The position numbers and the translations under genes are program-made. DNA of 32,000 nt. It comes from an uncultured Chloroflexia bacterium. GTDB taxonomy: Bacteria > Chloroflexota > Ktedonobacteria > Ktedonobacterales > JADMIN01. Every line of letters begins with the position of its first letter. The first letter of the stretch is position 1. The stretch is from positions 150,001 to 182,000 of the forward strand of contig CAVRAI010000009.1 of assembly GCA_963718915.1 (NCBI GenBank), in the 5' to 3' direction. This document shows positions 17,363 through 32,000 of the stretch, piece by piece. The notes beneath the pieces were generated by a model. The model did not search any database and was not told the DNA's origin. It saw only the letters and a program-made list of their open reading frames with translations.

Positions 17363-20300
17363 ATGGCACTGAGCAAAGCCGTCTCCCTCCCCGAGCGTGT
17401 GAGCTTCGCGCGGATTCCTGATATCCGCCCAATGCCCAGCCTCATTCAAGTACAGATCGATTCGTTCGGCTGGTTCAAGCGCGAGGGGTTGAAAGATCTC
17501 TTTGCGGAAATCTCTCCTATCGAGGATTTCACCGGCAAGAACCTGAAACTCGAGTTTCTCTTTAACGACGACCTGGATCCTTTTGAATCACCAAAATATA
17601 CCGAAGACCAATGCCGCGAGCGCGATGCGACCTATGCCGCGCCGCTCTATGTTAAGGCTCGCCTGACCTATAAAGAGACTGGCGAGATTCAGGAAAAAGA
17701 AGTGTTCATGGGCGATTTTCCGCTCATGACCAAAGAGGGCACGTTCATCATCAATGGCGCCGAGCGCGTGGTGGTGAGCCAGCTTGTGCGCTCGCCTGGC
17801 GTCTACTTTACCGCCGACACCGACCCGACGACCGGCCGCCAACTCTTCGCCGCCAAGTTGATCCCCAACCGTGGCGCCTGGCTCGAATTCGAGACGAGCA
17901 ACCGCGACATTCTCTCGGTCAAGATTGACCGCAAGCGCAAGATTCCCATCACGACGCTGCTGCGGGCGATGGCGGCCATCGGCGACCGCGATCCCGGCAA
18001 AACAAGCACTACGCCCGACATGAAGACCGACGAAGGCATCCTGAAGGCGTTCGAGATGGTGGACGAACAGGGTAACACCTTCGTCAGCCGTTTCGTGCGC
18101 ACGACGCTGGAGAAAGACAGTGTCAAGACGCCAGAGGAGGCGCTGCTGGAGGTCTATCGCAAGCTGCGCCCGGGCGATCCGGCGACGATTGATAACGCGC
18201 GCCAACTGGTGAACAACCTGTTTTATGCGCCGCGCCGCTACGACCTGGGCAGCGTGGGCCGCTACAAGCTGAATCGCAAGCTCGATCTGGCGATCCCGCA
18301 GACCATTCGCACGCTCACGCAGGATGACGTGGTGGCGATTCTGCGGCGCATGGTGCAGCTGGATGAGGGCTACGGCAAGAAAGACGACATCGACCATCTG
18401 GGCAACCGCCGCGTGCGCAGCGTGGGCGAGCTGATCCAGCAGCAGTTCCGTGTTGGTCTGCTGCGGATGGAGCGCGTCATCAAGGAGCGCATGGCGATTG
18501 TGCAGGATCCGTCACAGGCCTCGCCGAACCAGCTCATCAACATCCGCCCGGTTGTGGCGGCGATGAAAGAGTTCTTTGGCGGCAGCCAGCTCTCGCAGTT
18601 CATGGATCAGACGAATCCGCTGGCCGAGATTGGCCACAAGCGGCGTCTCTCAGCACTGGGGCCGGGCGGTCTCTCGCGCGAGCGCGCCGGATTCGACGTG
18701 CGCGACGTGCACCACTCGCACTATGGCCGCATCTGCCCAATTGAGACGCCTGAAGGGCCGAACATCGGCCTGATCGGCAATATGGCGACCTACGCCCAGA
18801 TTAACTCGTACGGCTTCATCGAGACGCCGTATCGCAAGGTGCTGCACGCAATTGAGGCCGGCCATCCCGAGTTGATCGGGCAGACGCTCTCGCGTGACGT
18901 GCTGGATAAGAAGGGCGCGGTGCTTATTCCCCGCGGCACAAAGGTGGACGATAAGGTTGCCGAGACGCTGAAGAAGCGCTCAGGCAAAGTGGACATCGAG
19001 CCGTGGGTGACGATGGATGTGGATTACCTGACCGCCGACGAGGAAGAGAAGTTCGTCATCGCTCAGGCCAACGCGCCACTCAGCGATGAAGGCCACTTCC
19101 TCGGCAACCGTGTCCTGGCGCGCTACAACGGCAACTTTGTGCAGGAGCCAGCCAGCCGCGTTGACTACATGGATATTTCACCGCGCCAGACAGTAAGCGT
19201 GCCCGCCGCGTTGATTCCGTTCCTGGAACACGACGACGTGAACCGCGCGCTGATGGGCGCGAACATGCAGCGCCAGGCGGTGCCGCTGCTCCGCCCGCAG
19301 TCGCCGATTGTCGGCACGGGCATCGAGCGCCAGGTGGCGGTGGACTCTGGCCAGGTGGTGGTGGCGCCCGCCGATGGCGAGATCACCAGCGTGACGGCGC
19401 GCCAGATCGTTCTAGTGGACGACGAGGGCGTCGAACATGACATGCGCCTGCGCAAGTTCGTCCGCTCGAACCAGGGTACCTGCATCAACCAGCGTCCCAT
19501 TGTCAACAAGGGTGACCGCGTGGCGAAGGGGCAGCCGCTGGCCGATAGCTCATCCACCGAAAATGGCGAGCTGGCGCTTGGCCAGAATATTCTGGTCGCC
19601 TTCATGACCTGGGAGGGTGGCAACTTTGAGGACGCCATTCTCATCAGCGAGCGGGTGGTTCGCGAGGATCTCTTCACCAGCATCCATATCGAGAAGCACG
19701 AGGTAGAGGCCCGCGACACGAAGCTTGGCCCGGAGGAGATCACCCGCGATATTCCGAACGTCGGTGAGGAGGGACTGCGCCACCTGGACGAGCGTGGCAT
19801 CATCCACATCGGCGCGGAGGTTGGCCCTGGCGATATCCTCGTCGGCAAGATCACGCCGAAGGGCGAGACGGAGCTGACGGCGGAGGAGAAACTGCTGCGC
19901 GCAATCTTCGGCGAGAAGGCGCGTGAGGTGAAAGACACCTCGCTGCGGGTGCCACATGGCGAGCGCGGCAAGGTGGTCGAAGTCAAGGTCTTCTCGCGCG
20001 ATAACAACGATGAATTGCCGCCCGGTGTGAACCATCTGGTGCGCGTCGCCATCGCACAGAAGCGCAAGATCGGCGCGGGCGACAAGATGGCCGGACGCCA
20101 TGGCAACAAGGGCGTTATCAGCCGTGTGCTGCCCATCGAGGATATGCCGTTCCTGCCGGATGGCACTCCAGTCGATATCATTCTGAATCCGCTGGGCGTG
20201 CCGCACCGCATGAACATCGGTCAGATCATGGAGACGCACCTGGGCTGGGCTGCGGAGGCGCTCGGCATGAAGGTCGCCTCACCCGTCTTTGACGGCGCGC

Positions 20301-20848
20301 CGGAGGACAAGATCGAGGATTTGCTGGAGCGCGCGGGACTGCCGCGTGAGGGCAAGGTGATCCTCTTCGATGGGCGCTCTGGCAATCCATTCGATGCGCC
20401 TGTGACGGTCGGCTTCATCTATATGCTGAAGCTGGCCCATCTGGTTGAGGATAAGGTACACGCGCGCTCGACTGGCCCATACAGCCTCATCACCCAGCAG
20501 CCGCTCGGTGGCAAGGCGCAGTTCGGCGGCCAGCGCTTTGGCGAGATGGAGGTGTGGGCGCTCGAAGCCTACGGCGCAGCCAACATCCTCCAGGAGATTC
20601 TGACCGTCAAGTCGGACGACGTGACGGGACGGGTGAAGACCTACGAGGCCATCGTCAAGGGCGATCCTATCGTCGAGCCAGGCGTGCCGGAATCGTTCAA
20701 GGTGCTCGTCAAGGAGTTGCAGAGCCTCGGCATCAATGTCGAGGTGCTCAACGAGGATGAGCAGCGGATTCAGTTCGTCGAAGACGCGGGCACTGACGTG
20801 ATGCCGGAACTGGGCATCAACATCAGCGGCTACGAGGGCGGCGAGTAG
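17363..20848 (+). CDS. rpoB: DNA-directed RNA polymerase subunit beta
   Basis: Intact ORF 17318..20848. The ATG at 17363 ([19 protein letters not shown]…) has a GAGAGGAG SD 11 nt upstream. Conserved blocks are present throughout (…FMDQTNPL…GPGGL…, …NMQRQAVPL…, …[13 protein letters not shown]…, …[19 protein letters not shown]…). Confidence 0.97.
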   Translation: MALSKAVSLPERVSFARIPDIRPMPSLIQVQIDSFGWFKREGLKDLFAEISPIEDFTGKNLKLEFLFNDDLDPFESPKYTEDQCRERDATYAAPLYVKARLTYKETGEIQEKEVFMGDFPLMTKEGTFIINGAERVVVSQLVRSPGVYFTADTDPTTGRQLFAAKLIPNRGAWLEFETSNRDILSVKIDRKRKIPITTLLRAMAAIGDRDPGKTSTTPDMKTDEGILKAFEMVDEQGNTFVSRFVRTTLEKDSVKTPEEALLEVYRKLRPGDPATIDNARQLVNNLFYAPRRYDLGSVGRYKLNRKLDLAIPQTIRTLTQDDVVAILRRMVQLDEGYGKKDDIDHLGNRRVRSVGELIQQQFRVGLLRMERVIKERMAIVQDPSQASPNQLINIRPVVAAMKEFFGGSQLSQFMDQTNPLAEIGHKRRLSALGPGGLSRERAGFDVRDVHHSHYGRICPIETPEGPNIGLIGNMATYAQINSYGFIETPYRKVLHAIEAGHPELIGQTLSRDVLDKKGAVLIPRGTKVDDKVAETLKKRSGKVDIEPWVTMDVDYLTADEEEKFVIAQANAPLSDEGHFLGNRVLARYNGNFVQEPASRVDYMDISPRQTVSVPAALIPFLEHDDVNRALMGANMQRQAVPLLRPQSPIVGTGIERQVAVDSGQVVVAPADGEITSVTARQIVLVDDEGVEHDMRLRKFVRSNQGTCINQRPIVNKGDRVAKGQPLADSSSTENGELALGQNILVAFMTWEGGNFEDAILISERVVREDLFTSIHIEKHEVEARDTKLGPEEITRDIPNVGEEGLRHLDERGIIHIGAEVGPGDILVGKITPKGETELTAEEKLLRAIFGEKAREVKDTSLRVPHGERGKVVEVKVFSRDNNDELPPGVNHLVRVAIAQKRKIGAGDKMAGRHGNKGVISRVLPIEDMPFLPDGTPVDIILNPLGVPHRMNIGQIMETHLGWAAEALGMKVASPVFDGAPEDKIEDLLERAGLPREGKVILFDGRSGNPFDAPVTVGFIYMLKLAHLVEDKVHARSTGPYSLITQQPLGGKAQFGGQRFGEMEVWALEAYGAANILQEILTVKSDDVTGRVKTYEAIVKGDPIVEPGVPESFKVLVKELQSLGINVEVLNEDEQRIQFVEDAGTDVMPELGINISGYEGGE

Positions 20849-20861
20849 TTCGTTCGGCTCC

Positions 20862-20888
20862 TGGGGAGTCATGGGGAGTTCTGGGGAG
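20862..20888. repeat. TGGGGAG x3 at an exact 10-bp period, immediately 3' of the rpoB stop
   Basis: TGGGGAG occurs at 20862-20868, 20872-20878 and 20882-20888. The rpoB TAG is at 20846-20848. Confidence 0.85.
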
Positions 20889-20978
20889 GCGCGCGAGACG
20901 ACACCGGAACATTGCGGGATCCGGTGGTGTGCGTAGCCTCCCAGCCCGCAAGCAATTGTCTGGATTTATAGCCTACTT

Positions 20979-21001
20979 AGCCTGTTGACAGAGCCTGTTG
21001 A
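20979..21001. repeat. direct repeat AGCCTGTTGA x2 (13-bp period) in the rpoB-rpoC spacer
   Basis: AGCCTGTTGA occurs at 20979-20988 and 20992-21001. The first copy overlaps a TTGACA hexamer (20985-20990), but no good -10 follows it. Confidence 0.8.
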
Positions 21002-21077
21002 AGGCATTCGGAAAGGAGATGGGCGCGGGCGACACACAGCGACTGATCCGCTGGGTGAAACGCTCTCCGCTCCACCA

Positions 21078-25505
<4,428 letters not shown>

Positions 25506-25533
25506 TAATATTTCGTATTGTGCGCCAGGTATG

Positions 25534-25562
25534 CTTGTCGTGGCGCTATGCATGGCGTAATG
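25534..25562 (+). promoter_or_regulatory. weak promoter candidate TTGTCG-17-TAATGA ahead of rpsL
   Basis: The hexamers are at 25534-25539 and 25557-25562 with a 17-nt spacer. Both match the consensus poorly. Confidence 0.2.
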
Positions 25563-25607
25563 AGAAGTCTATCTGGCCAACCAGAAACTAAAGTTAAGGA
25601 GTTTCCC

Positions 25608-26027
25608 TTGCCGACGATTAATCAGTTGGTACGCAAGGGCCGAAGCAAGAAGGTTCGCAAGAGCAAGGCGCCCGCGCTGCAGTTCTCCTTCAACGCGCTC
25701 AAGAATCGCACGCAGCGGATGCGTGGCGCGCCACAGAAGCGTGGCGTCTGCTCGCAGGTGCGTACGATGACGCCGAAGAAGCCGAACTCCGCTCTGCGCA
25801 AGATTGCTCGCGTCCGCCTGACCAACGGGTATGAGGTCACCGCCTACATTCCAGGCGAGGGCCACAACCTGCAGGAGCACTCGGTGGTGCTGATTCGTGG
25901 CGGTCGCGTGAAGGACCTGCCGAGTGTCCGCTATCATATCGTGCGTGGCACGCTGGATAGCCAGGGCGTCGAGAAGCGGCGTCAGGGGCGCTCAAAATAC
26001 GGTGCGAAACGCCCGAAGGGCAAGTAG
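25608..26027 (+). CDS. rpsL: 30S ribosomal protein S12
   Basis: TTG start at 25608 with an AAGGAG SD 8 nt upstream. (M)[11 protein letters not shown]… and …[10 protein letters not shown]… are the classic S12 signatures. Confidence 0.95.
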   Translation: MPTINQLVRKGRSKKVRKSKAPALQFSFNALKNRTQRMRGAPQKRGVCSQVRTMTPKKPNSALRKIARVRLTNGYEVTAYIPGEGHNLQEHSVVLIRGGRVKDLPSVRYHIVRGTLDSQGVEKRRQGRSKYGAKRPKGK

Positions 26028-26174
26028 CAGCGCATCGCTTATTCGGTTATCAAAAATAGTTTGTTGCTGCCCGAAACCAGTGATTCTGTTCGCGTCACGC
26101 GCCTGGGATCATCAGGTCGGCAAATACCACGGCTGGTTGCGCAGGCCGCGCCAGCGATGTTGGATGTTCTCCGC

Positions 26175-26298
26175 GTGTGGTGAGCACGGTTCTCACCACA
26201 CACCAGCCACCCAAAAACCTCTCTCGGGAGTGGATGTGGCAGGCAGCGGAAAGGCGTCTGACGAGTGGGGCGCCGAGGCGTTATGTCTCGGGCGCCCT
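26175..26298 (+). promoter_or_regulatory. two stable hairpins in the 309-nt rpsL-rpsG spacer (candidate S7 translational operator or processing structure)
   Basis: Hairpin 1 is a perfect 10-bp stem, GTGTGGTGAG (26175-26184) / CTCACCACAC (26192-26201), with a 7-nt loop. Hairpin 2 is GGGCGCCGAG (26268-26277) / CTCG(G)GCGCCC (26288-26298) with a one-base bulge, about 25 nt before the rpsG SD. Confidence 0.35.
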
Positions 26299-26336
26299 TC
26301 GCCTTGTCTGGAGTTTTGGTAGGAGGAATCAAGCAC

Positions 26337-26810
26337 ATGCCGCGTCGAACGAAGGTTCAGCATCGGGTCGTGCTGCCGGACCCCAAGTACAACAATCGCA
26401 ATATTACGCGCCTGATTGGCCGCATGATGTGGGATGGCAAGCGCAGCATCGCCGAGCACATTATCTATGAGGCGCTCGACATCATCGAAGAGCGCAGCAA
26501 GCGCAATCCCGTCGAGGTCTTCGAGCAGGCGCTGCGAGCGGCGACGCCCGTGATCGAGGTCAAGCCCCGGCGGGTCGGCGGCGCGACGTATCAGGTGCCG
26601 GTAGAGATTCGTGGTGAGCGCAAGACGGCGCTGGCCATGCGCTGGCTGATCAATTCATCGCGCAACCGCGCCGGTGGCCATTCGATGGCCGAGAAACTGG
26701 CCGCCGAGTTGATGGATGCCGCTGCCGGGCAGGGCGCAACCATTCGCAAACGAGACGAAACCCATAAGATGGCGGATTCAAACAAGGCATTCGCCAGCTA
26801 CCGCTTCTAG
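26337..26810 (+). CDS. rpsG: 30S ribosomal protein S7
   Basis: ATG at 26337 with a [32 protein letters not shown]… and …[24 protein letters not shown]… are typical of S7. Confidence 0.95.
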   Translation: MPRRTKVQHRVVLPDPKYNNRNITRLIGRMMWDGKRSIAEHIIYEALDIIEERSKRNPVEVFEQALRAATPVIEVKPRRVGGATYQVPVEIRGERKTALAMRWLINSSRNRAGGHSMAEKLAAELMDAAAGQGATIRKRDETHKMADSNKAFASYRF

Positions 26811-26830
26811 GGAAGCGGTCGCGAGGAACT

Positions 26831-28927
26831 ATGGCTAGAGAGTATCCCCTCGAAAAAACGCGCAATATTGGTATTATCGCGCACATCGACGCAGGGAAGA
26901 CGACAACAACAGAACGCATTCTCTTCTATACCAAGAAGATCCATCGGATCGGCGAGGTCCACGAGGGCGCCGCGACGATGGACTGGATGCCCCAGGAGCA
27001 GGAGCGCGGCATTACGATTACGTCCGCCGCGACGACATGCTTCTGGTTGGGGTACCGGATCAACATCATCGACACCCCTGGACACGTAGACTTCACCGCT
27101 GAGGTTGAGCGGTCACTGCGCGTGCTGGATGGTGGCGTGGTCGTCTTCGACGCGGTCGCGGGCGTGGAGCCACAGTCGGAAACGGTGTGGCGCCAGGCCG
27201 ATAAGTATCACGTGCCGCGCATCTGCTTCGTCAACAAGATGGATCGCATCGGCGCCGACTTCTGGCGGACTGTTGGGATGATTACCGACCGCCTGAACGC
27301 CAAACCTGTGCCGATTCAGATTCCCATTGGCCGCGAGAGCGACTATAAGGGACACATCGATCTGATCGTCAATCAGGGCGTCATCTTCACCGATGACCTG
27401 GGCACTAAGTCCGAGGCGACCGTGATTCCGGCGGAGCTGGCGGATGAGGCGCGCAAGCATCGTGAAGCGATGATCGAACTGGTGGCTGAGACGGACGAAG
27501 CGTTGACGCTCAAGTACCTTGAGGGCGAGGAAATCAGCGAGGATGAGCTGCGCGCCGCCCTACGTCGCGCGACTATCGAAGGAAAACTCATCCCTGTTCT
27601 CTGCGGCACCGCGCTGAAGAACAAGGGCGTGCAGGCGATGCTCGACGCGGTCGTGCAGTATCTGCCGTCGCCGCTCGATATTCCCGCGCCGATTGCCGTG
27701 TCAGTCAAGTCTGGCGATGAGACGCAACTCGTCGTCTCGGATGATGGCGAGTTCGCGGCGCTGGTTCATAAAGTCGTCGCCGATCCTTTCGTTGGACGGC
27801 TTACCTACTTCCGTGTCTATTCAGGCACGCTCTCGGCTGGCTCCTATGCCTACAACGCGACAAAGGGCCAGAAAGAGCGGGTTGGGCGTCTCTTGCAGAT
27901 GCACGCGAATCACCGCGAAGACATCGAAAAGGTCTATTCGGGCGATATCTGCGCCGCGGTTGGCCTGAAGAACACCTTCACGGGTGACACGCTTTGCGCG
28001 CAGGATAACCCCATTCTGCTGGAGAACATCGTCTTCCCGACGCCGGTCATCGAGATCGCCATCGAGCCGAAGACGAAGGCCGACCAGGACAAGATGGGCA
28101 TTGCGCTGCAGCGTCTGGCCGAAGAGGATCCGACGTTCCGCGTCCATACCGATCAGGACTCCGGCCAGACGATCATCGCCGGCATGGGAGAACTGCACCT
28201 GGATGTGATCGTGGATCGCATGTCGCGCGAGTACAAGGTCGAGGCGAATGTCGGTCGGCCACAGGTCGCCTATCGCGAGACGATCACGAAGACGGCTCAG
28301 GCCGAGGGGCGCTTCATCCGCCAGTCTGGTGGGCGCGGCCAGTTTGGCGATGTCTGGATTCGGGTCGAGCCGCTGGAGCGCGGCAAGGGCTTCGAGTTCG
28401 TCAATGGCATCGTCGGTGGCGTGGTGCCACGCGAGTATATCAAGCCAACCGAGGAAGGCATCCGTGAGACGCTGGAGAACGGCGTCATCGCGGGCTATCC
28501 GATGGTAGACGTACGCGCGACGCTCTATGATGGCTCCTATCACGAGGTAGACTCCTCGGAAATGGCCTTCAAGACGGCTGGCTCGATGGGCTTCCGAAGC
28601 GCCGCCGAAAAGGCCGGGCCAGTGCTGCTTGAGCCGATCATGGGGGTTGAGGTGACCACCTCGCCCGACTTCTTTGGCGACGTGCTGGGCGATATCAATC
28701 GCCGCCGTGGCCAAATCAACGGGTCGGAGGAGCGCGGTGGCTCGCAGGTGCTGCGGGCGCATGTGCCGCTGGCGGAGATGTTCGGCTACGTCAATGACCT
28801 GCGGTCGATGACCAGTGGTCGCGCATCGTATACGATGGAATTCTCGCACTACCAGGAAGTGCCGAAGAGCCTGGCCGAGGAGATCAAGAGCAAGTCGGGC
28901 CGTGGTGGCAAGCCACGCGCGTCTTAG
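26831..28927 (+). CDS. fusA: translation elongation factor G
   Basis: Intact 698-aa ORF. G1 is AHIDAGKTT and G3 is [11 protein letters not shown] domains III-V are conserved throughout. Confidence 0.97.
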   Translation: MAREYPLEKTRNIGIIAHIDAGKTTTTERILFYTKKIHRIGEVHEGAATMDWMPQEQERGITITSAATTCFWLGYRINIIDTPGHVDFTAEVERSLRVLDGGVVVFDAVAGVEPQSETVWRQADKYHVPRICFVNKMDRIGADFWRTVGMITDRLNAKPVPIQIPIGRESDYKGHIDLIVNQGVIFTDDLGTKSEATVIPAELADEARKHREAMIELVAETDEALTLKYLEGEEISEDELRAALRRATIEGKLIPVLCGTALKNKGVQAMLDAVVQYLPSPLDIPAPIAVSVKSGDETQLVVSDDGEFAALVHKVVADPFVGRLTYFRVYSGTLSAGSYAYNATKGQKERVGRLLQMHANHREDIEKVYSGDICAAVGLKNTFTGDTLCAQDNPILLENIVFPTPVIEIAIEPKTKADQDKMGIALQRLAEEDPTFRVHTDQDSGQTIIAGMGELHLDVIVDRMSREYKVEANVGRPQVAYRETITKTAQAEGRFIRQSGGRGQFGDVWIRVEPLERGKGFEFVNGIVGGVVPREYIKPTEEGIRETLENGVIAGYPMVDVRATLYDGSYHEVDSSEMAFKTAGSMGFRSAAEKAGPVLLEPIMGVEVTTSPDFFGDVLGDINRRRGQINGSEERGGSQVLRAHVPLAEMFGYVNDLRSMTSGRASYTMEFSHYQEVPKSLAEEIKSKSGRGGKPRAS

Positions 28928-29028
28928 TGCGTCCAGGAAAAGCGTGCGACGGGAAGCCCACCAGCAGGTCTGTCGCGCGGATGCGGATACAGAGTCGTTC
29001 TGGTGGGGATTGCAGGAGCTAGAAACAT

Positions 29029-30234
<1,206 letters not shown>

Positions 30235-30345
30235 CCAATGAGTAGGGCCTCGTTCCCCAGGGAGCGGGGCCATTCGTCTGGAATAAGTGGCTCTGCGTCC
30301 GCACTATTGAGGCTCGGACCTGAGACATGGAGAAAGTGAGTAGAG

Positions 30346-30663
<318 letters not shown>

Positions 30664-30865
30664 CAGGAAACTGCTGTAGTTGCCGATGGCAGTGTCGGCA
30701 CGCGGGACGAGAGGCTCGGAAGGCGCAATGTGCGCCGCGTGTCTGGAGCGCTTCGATGAGAACGCGATCCCCGGACACGTCGTCCACTGGCTGTGAAGTA
30801 TCGCTTGCCAGCGGGCGCAACAAGCATCTGGCGCCTCGTGAATGGCGCTGCATGGAGAAGTTACG

Positions 30866-31705
30866 ATGTTGAGTGGAATGCTCGGCCGCAAGGTGGGGAT
30901 GACGCAGATCTTTGGCGCGAATGGCGCCATCATCCCGGTCACCATCATCGAGGCCGGACCCTGCACGGTAACGCAGGTGAAGACGGAGACCAACGACGGC
31001 TATGAGGCCGTCCAGCTTGGCTTCGAGACCATTGAGGCTAAGCGCGCGACACGCCCGATGCTCGGCCACCTGGGCCATGAACTGAAGCCCACCGAGCGCC
31101 AGCACCGCGAGCAGCAGCGAACGCAGGCGAAAGTACGCCAGGCGGCTCGCCAGAAGAAACAGGCCACCGAGGCTGAGGCTGATCAGGCTGAATCCACGGA
31201 GGCAGGCGCGACAACGACGGCTCCCGCAAAGCGTGGCGCGAAGCGGCGTGGCGGCGCTGGCAAGGCGCTTGGCCCGTTCAAGGTGCTGCGCGAGGTGAAG
31301 GTCGTTGGCAACCTTCCGGCGGTTGGCGACGCAATCACAGTGGACATGTTTGCCGAGGGCGAAGAGGTCGATATCATCGGCACGTCGAAGGGCAAAGGCT
31401 TTGCTGGTGTCATGAAGCGCCATGGCTTCCATGGTGGCCAGCGGACGCACGGCCAGTCCGACCGCGCACGCGCCCCAGGCTCCATCGGCCCTGGCACCAC
31501 GCCAGGTCGTGTCTACAAGGGGACGCGCATGGCTGGCCGGATGGGCAACGAGCGCGTCACGGTAAAGGCGCTACGGATTGTCCAGGCGGACTCGGAGCGT
31601 AACCTGCTCGTTGTGCAAGGATCAGTGCCGGGCGCGAATGGCGGCCTGCTGGTGATCCGTAAGAGCGCCGTGCAGATGGCAGTCGCCGCGCGGCAGCGTG
31701 GCTAA
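30866..31705 (+). CDS. rplC: 50S ribosomal protein L3 (with a charged low-complexity insertion of about 55 aa)
   Basis: ATG at 30866 with a [25 protein letters not shown]… and …[27 protein letters not shown]…GSIG…[22 protein letters not shown]… are L3 signatures. At 279 aa it is well above the roughly 210 aa typical of L3. Confidence 0.9.
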   Translation: MLSGMLGRKVGMTQIFGANGAIIPVTIIEAGPCTVTQVKTETNDGYEAVQLGFETIEAKRATRPMLGHLGHELKPTERQHREQQRTQAKVRQAARQKKQATEAEADQAESTEAGATTTAPAKRGAKRRGGAGKALGPFKVLREVKVVGNLPAVGDAITVDMFAEGEEVDIIGTSKGKGFAGVMKRHGFHGGQRTHGQSDRARAPGSIGPGTTPGRVYKGTRMAGRMGNERVTVKALRIVQADSERNLLVVQGSVPGANGGLLVIRKSAVQMAVAARQRG

Positions 31706-31726
31706 GCGGGGATTGAGGAGACAGAG

Positions 31727-32000
31727 ATGCCATCCGCGAATGTCTATGATATGGACGGCCAGATCGTCCGAGAAGAACATCTGGATAACTATGTGTTTGG
31801 CGCGCCAATCAATATGGCCGTGCTGCACCAGGTGGTGACGGCGCAGTTGGTGAACCGGCGGCAGGGAACGGCCTCGACCAAGACCCGCGCTGAGGTGAGT
31901 GGCGGCGGCAAGAAACCCTATCGTCAGAAGGGCACAGGCCGCGCGCGTCAGGGTTCCACCCGCGCGCCACACTGGCGTGGCGGTGGCACGGCCTTTGGCC
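31727..32000 (+). CDS. rplD: 50S ribosomal protein L4 (5' part; runs off the window)
   Basis: ATG at 31727 with a GAGGAG SD. My own translation is [91 protein letters not shown]. The [15 protein letters not shown] motif is diagnostic for L4. It is absent from the ORF track because there is no stop inside the window. Confidence 0.9.
   Translation, partial: MPSANVYDMDGQIVREEHLDNYVFGAPINMAVLHQVVTAQLVNRRQGTASTKTRAEVSGGGKKPYRQKGTGRARQGSTRAPHWRGGGTAFG

Noticed and set aside
20862-20888. Possible G-quadruplex formed from the GGGG runs of the TGGGGAG triplet.
   Set aside because: There are only three G4 tracts and no nearby fourth run of three or more G. I kept this as a phased-repeat observation instead.
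21011-21021. GGAAAGGAG directly followed by an ATG at 21019, upstream of rpoC.
   Set aside because: The ATG is out of frame with rpoC and there is zero spacing between SD and ATG. It would give only a short overlapping ORF.
30686-30796. 36-codon ORF ([36 protein letters not shown]) in the rpsJ-rplC spacer.
   Set aside because: It has no SD and only a single CxxC. An ORF of this length is expected by chance at this GC content.

Overview
High-GC (roughly 60-70% in genes) bacterial chromosomal window. By eye, the ribosomal and RNA polymerase proteins look Chloroflexota/Thermomicrobia-like, but I cannot verify this without a search.

The right two-thirds (about 11.3-32 kb) is intact housekeeping DNA. 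It holds a membrane protein, lysS, a MEDS-domain protein, a NUDIX hydrolase and a small helical ORF. A 1.1-kb non-coding stretch follows, then rpoB-rpoC-rpsL-rpsG-fusA-tuf-rpsJ-rplC-rplD (rplD runs off the window).

The left third (about 1.1-11.1 kb) is very different. Four consecutive recognisable genes can only be read by hopping between frames. These are a GT-C-like membrane protein, an amidohydrolase, recG, and a 3.4-kb single-chain type IIG-like restriction-modification gene. Together they need about 30 frame changes, while about 17 kb of downstream coding sequence needs none.

The R-M gene is the only clearly accessory or defence element. It is preceded by about 800 bp of low-GC non-coding DNA, contains a roughly 470-bp low-GC patch, and is interrupted by a G-rich palindromic repeat. 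That repeat has three more copies or half-copies in the window.

I found no intact novel multi-gene system. The points most worth a second look are:
- the region-specific frameshift clustering
- the decayed R-M locus and its flanks
- the small palindromic repeat family
- the long promoter-bearing non-coding region upstream of rpoB
- unusually long spacers inside the str/S10 cluster
- large lineage-specific insertions in beta-prime and ribosomal protein L3

No tRNA, rRNA, CRISPR array or transposase was recognised.
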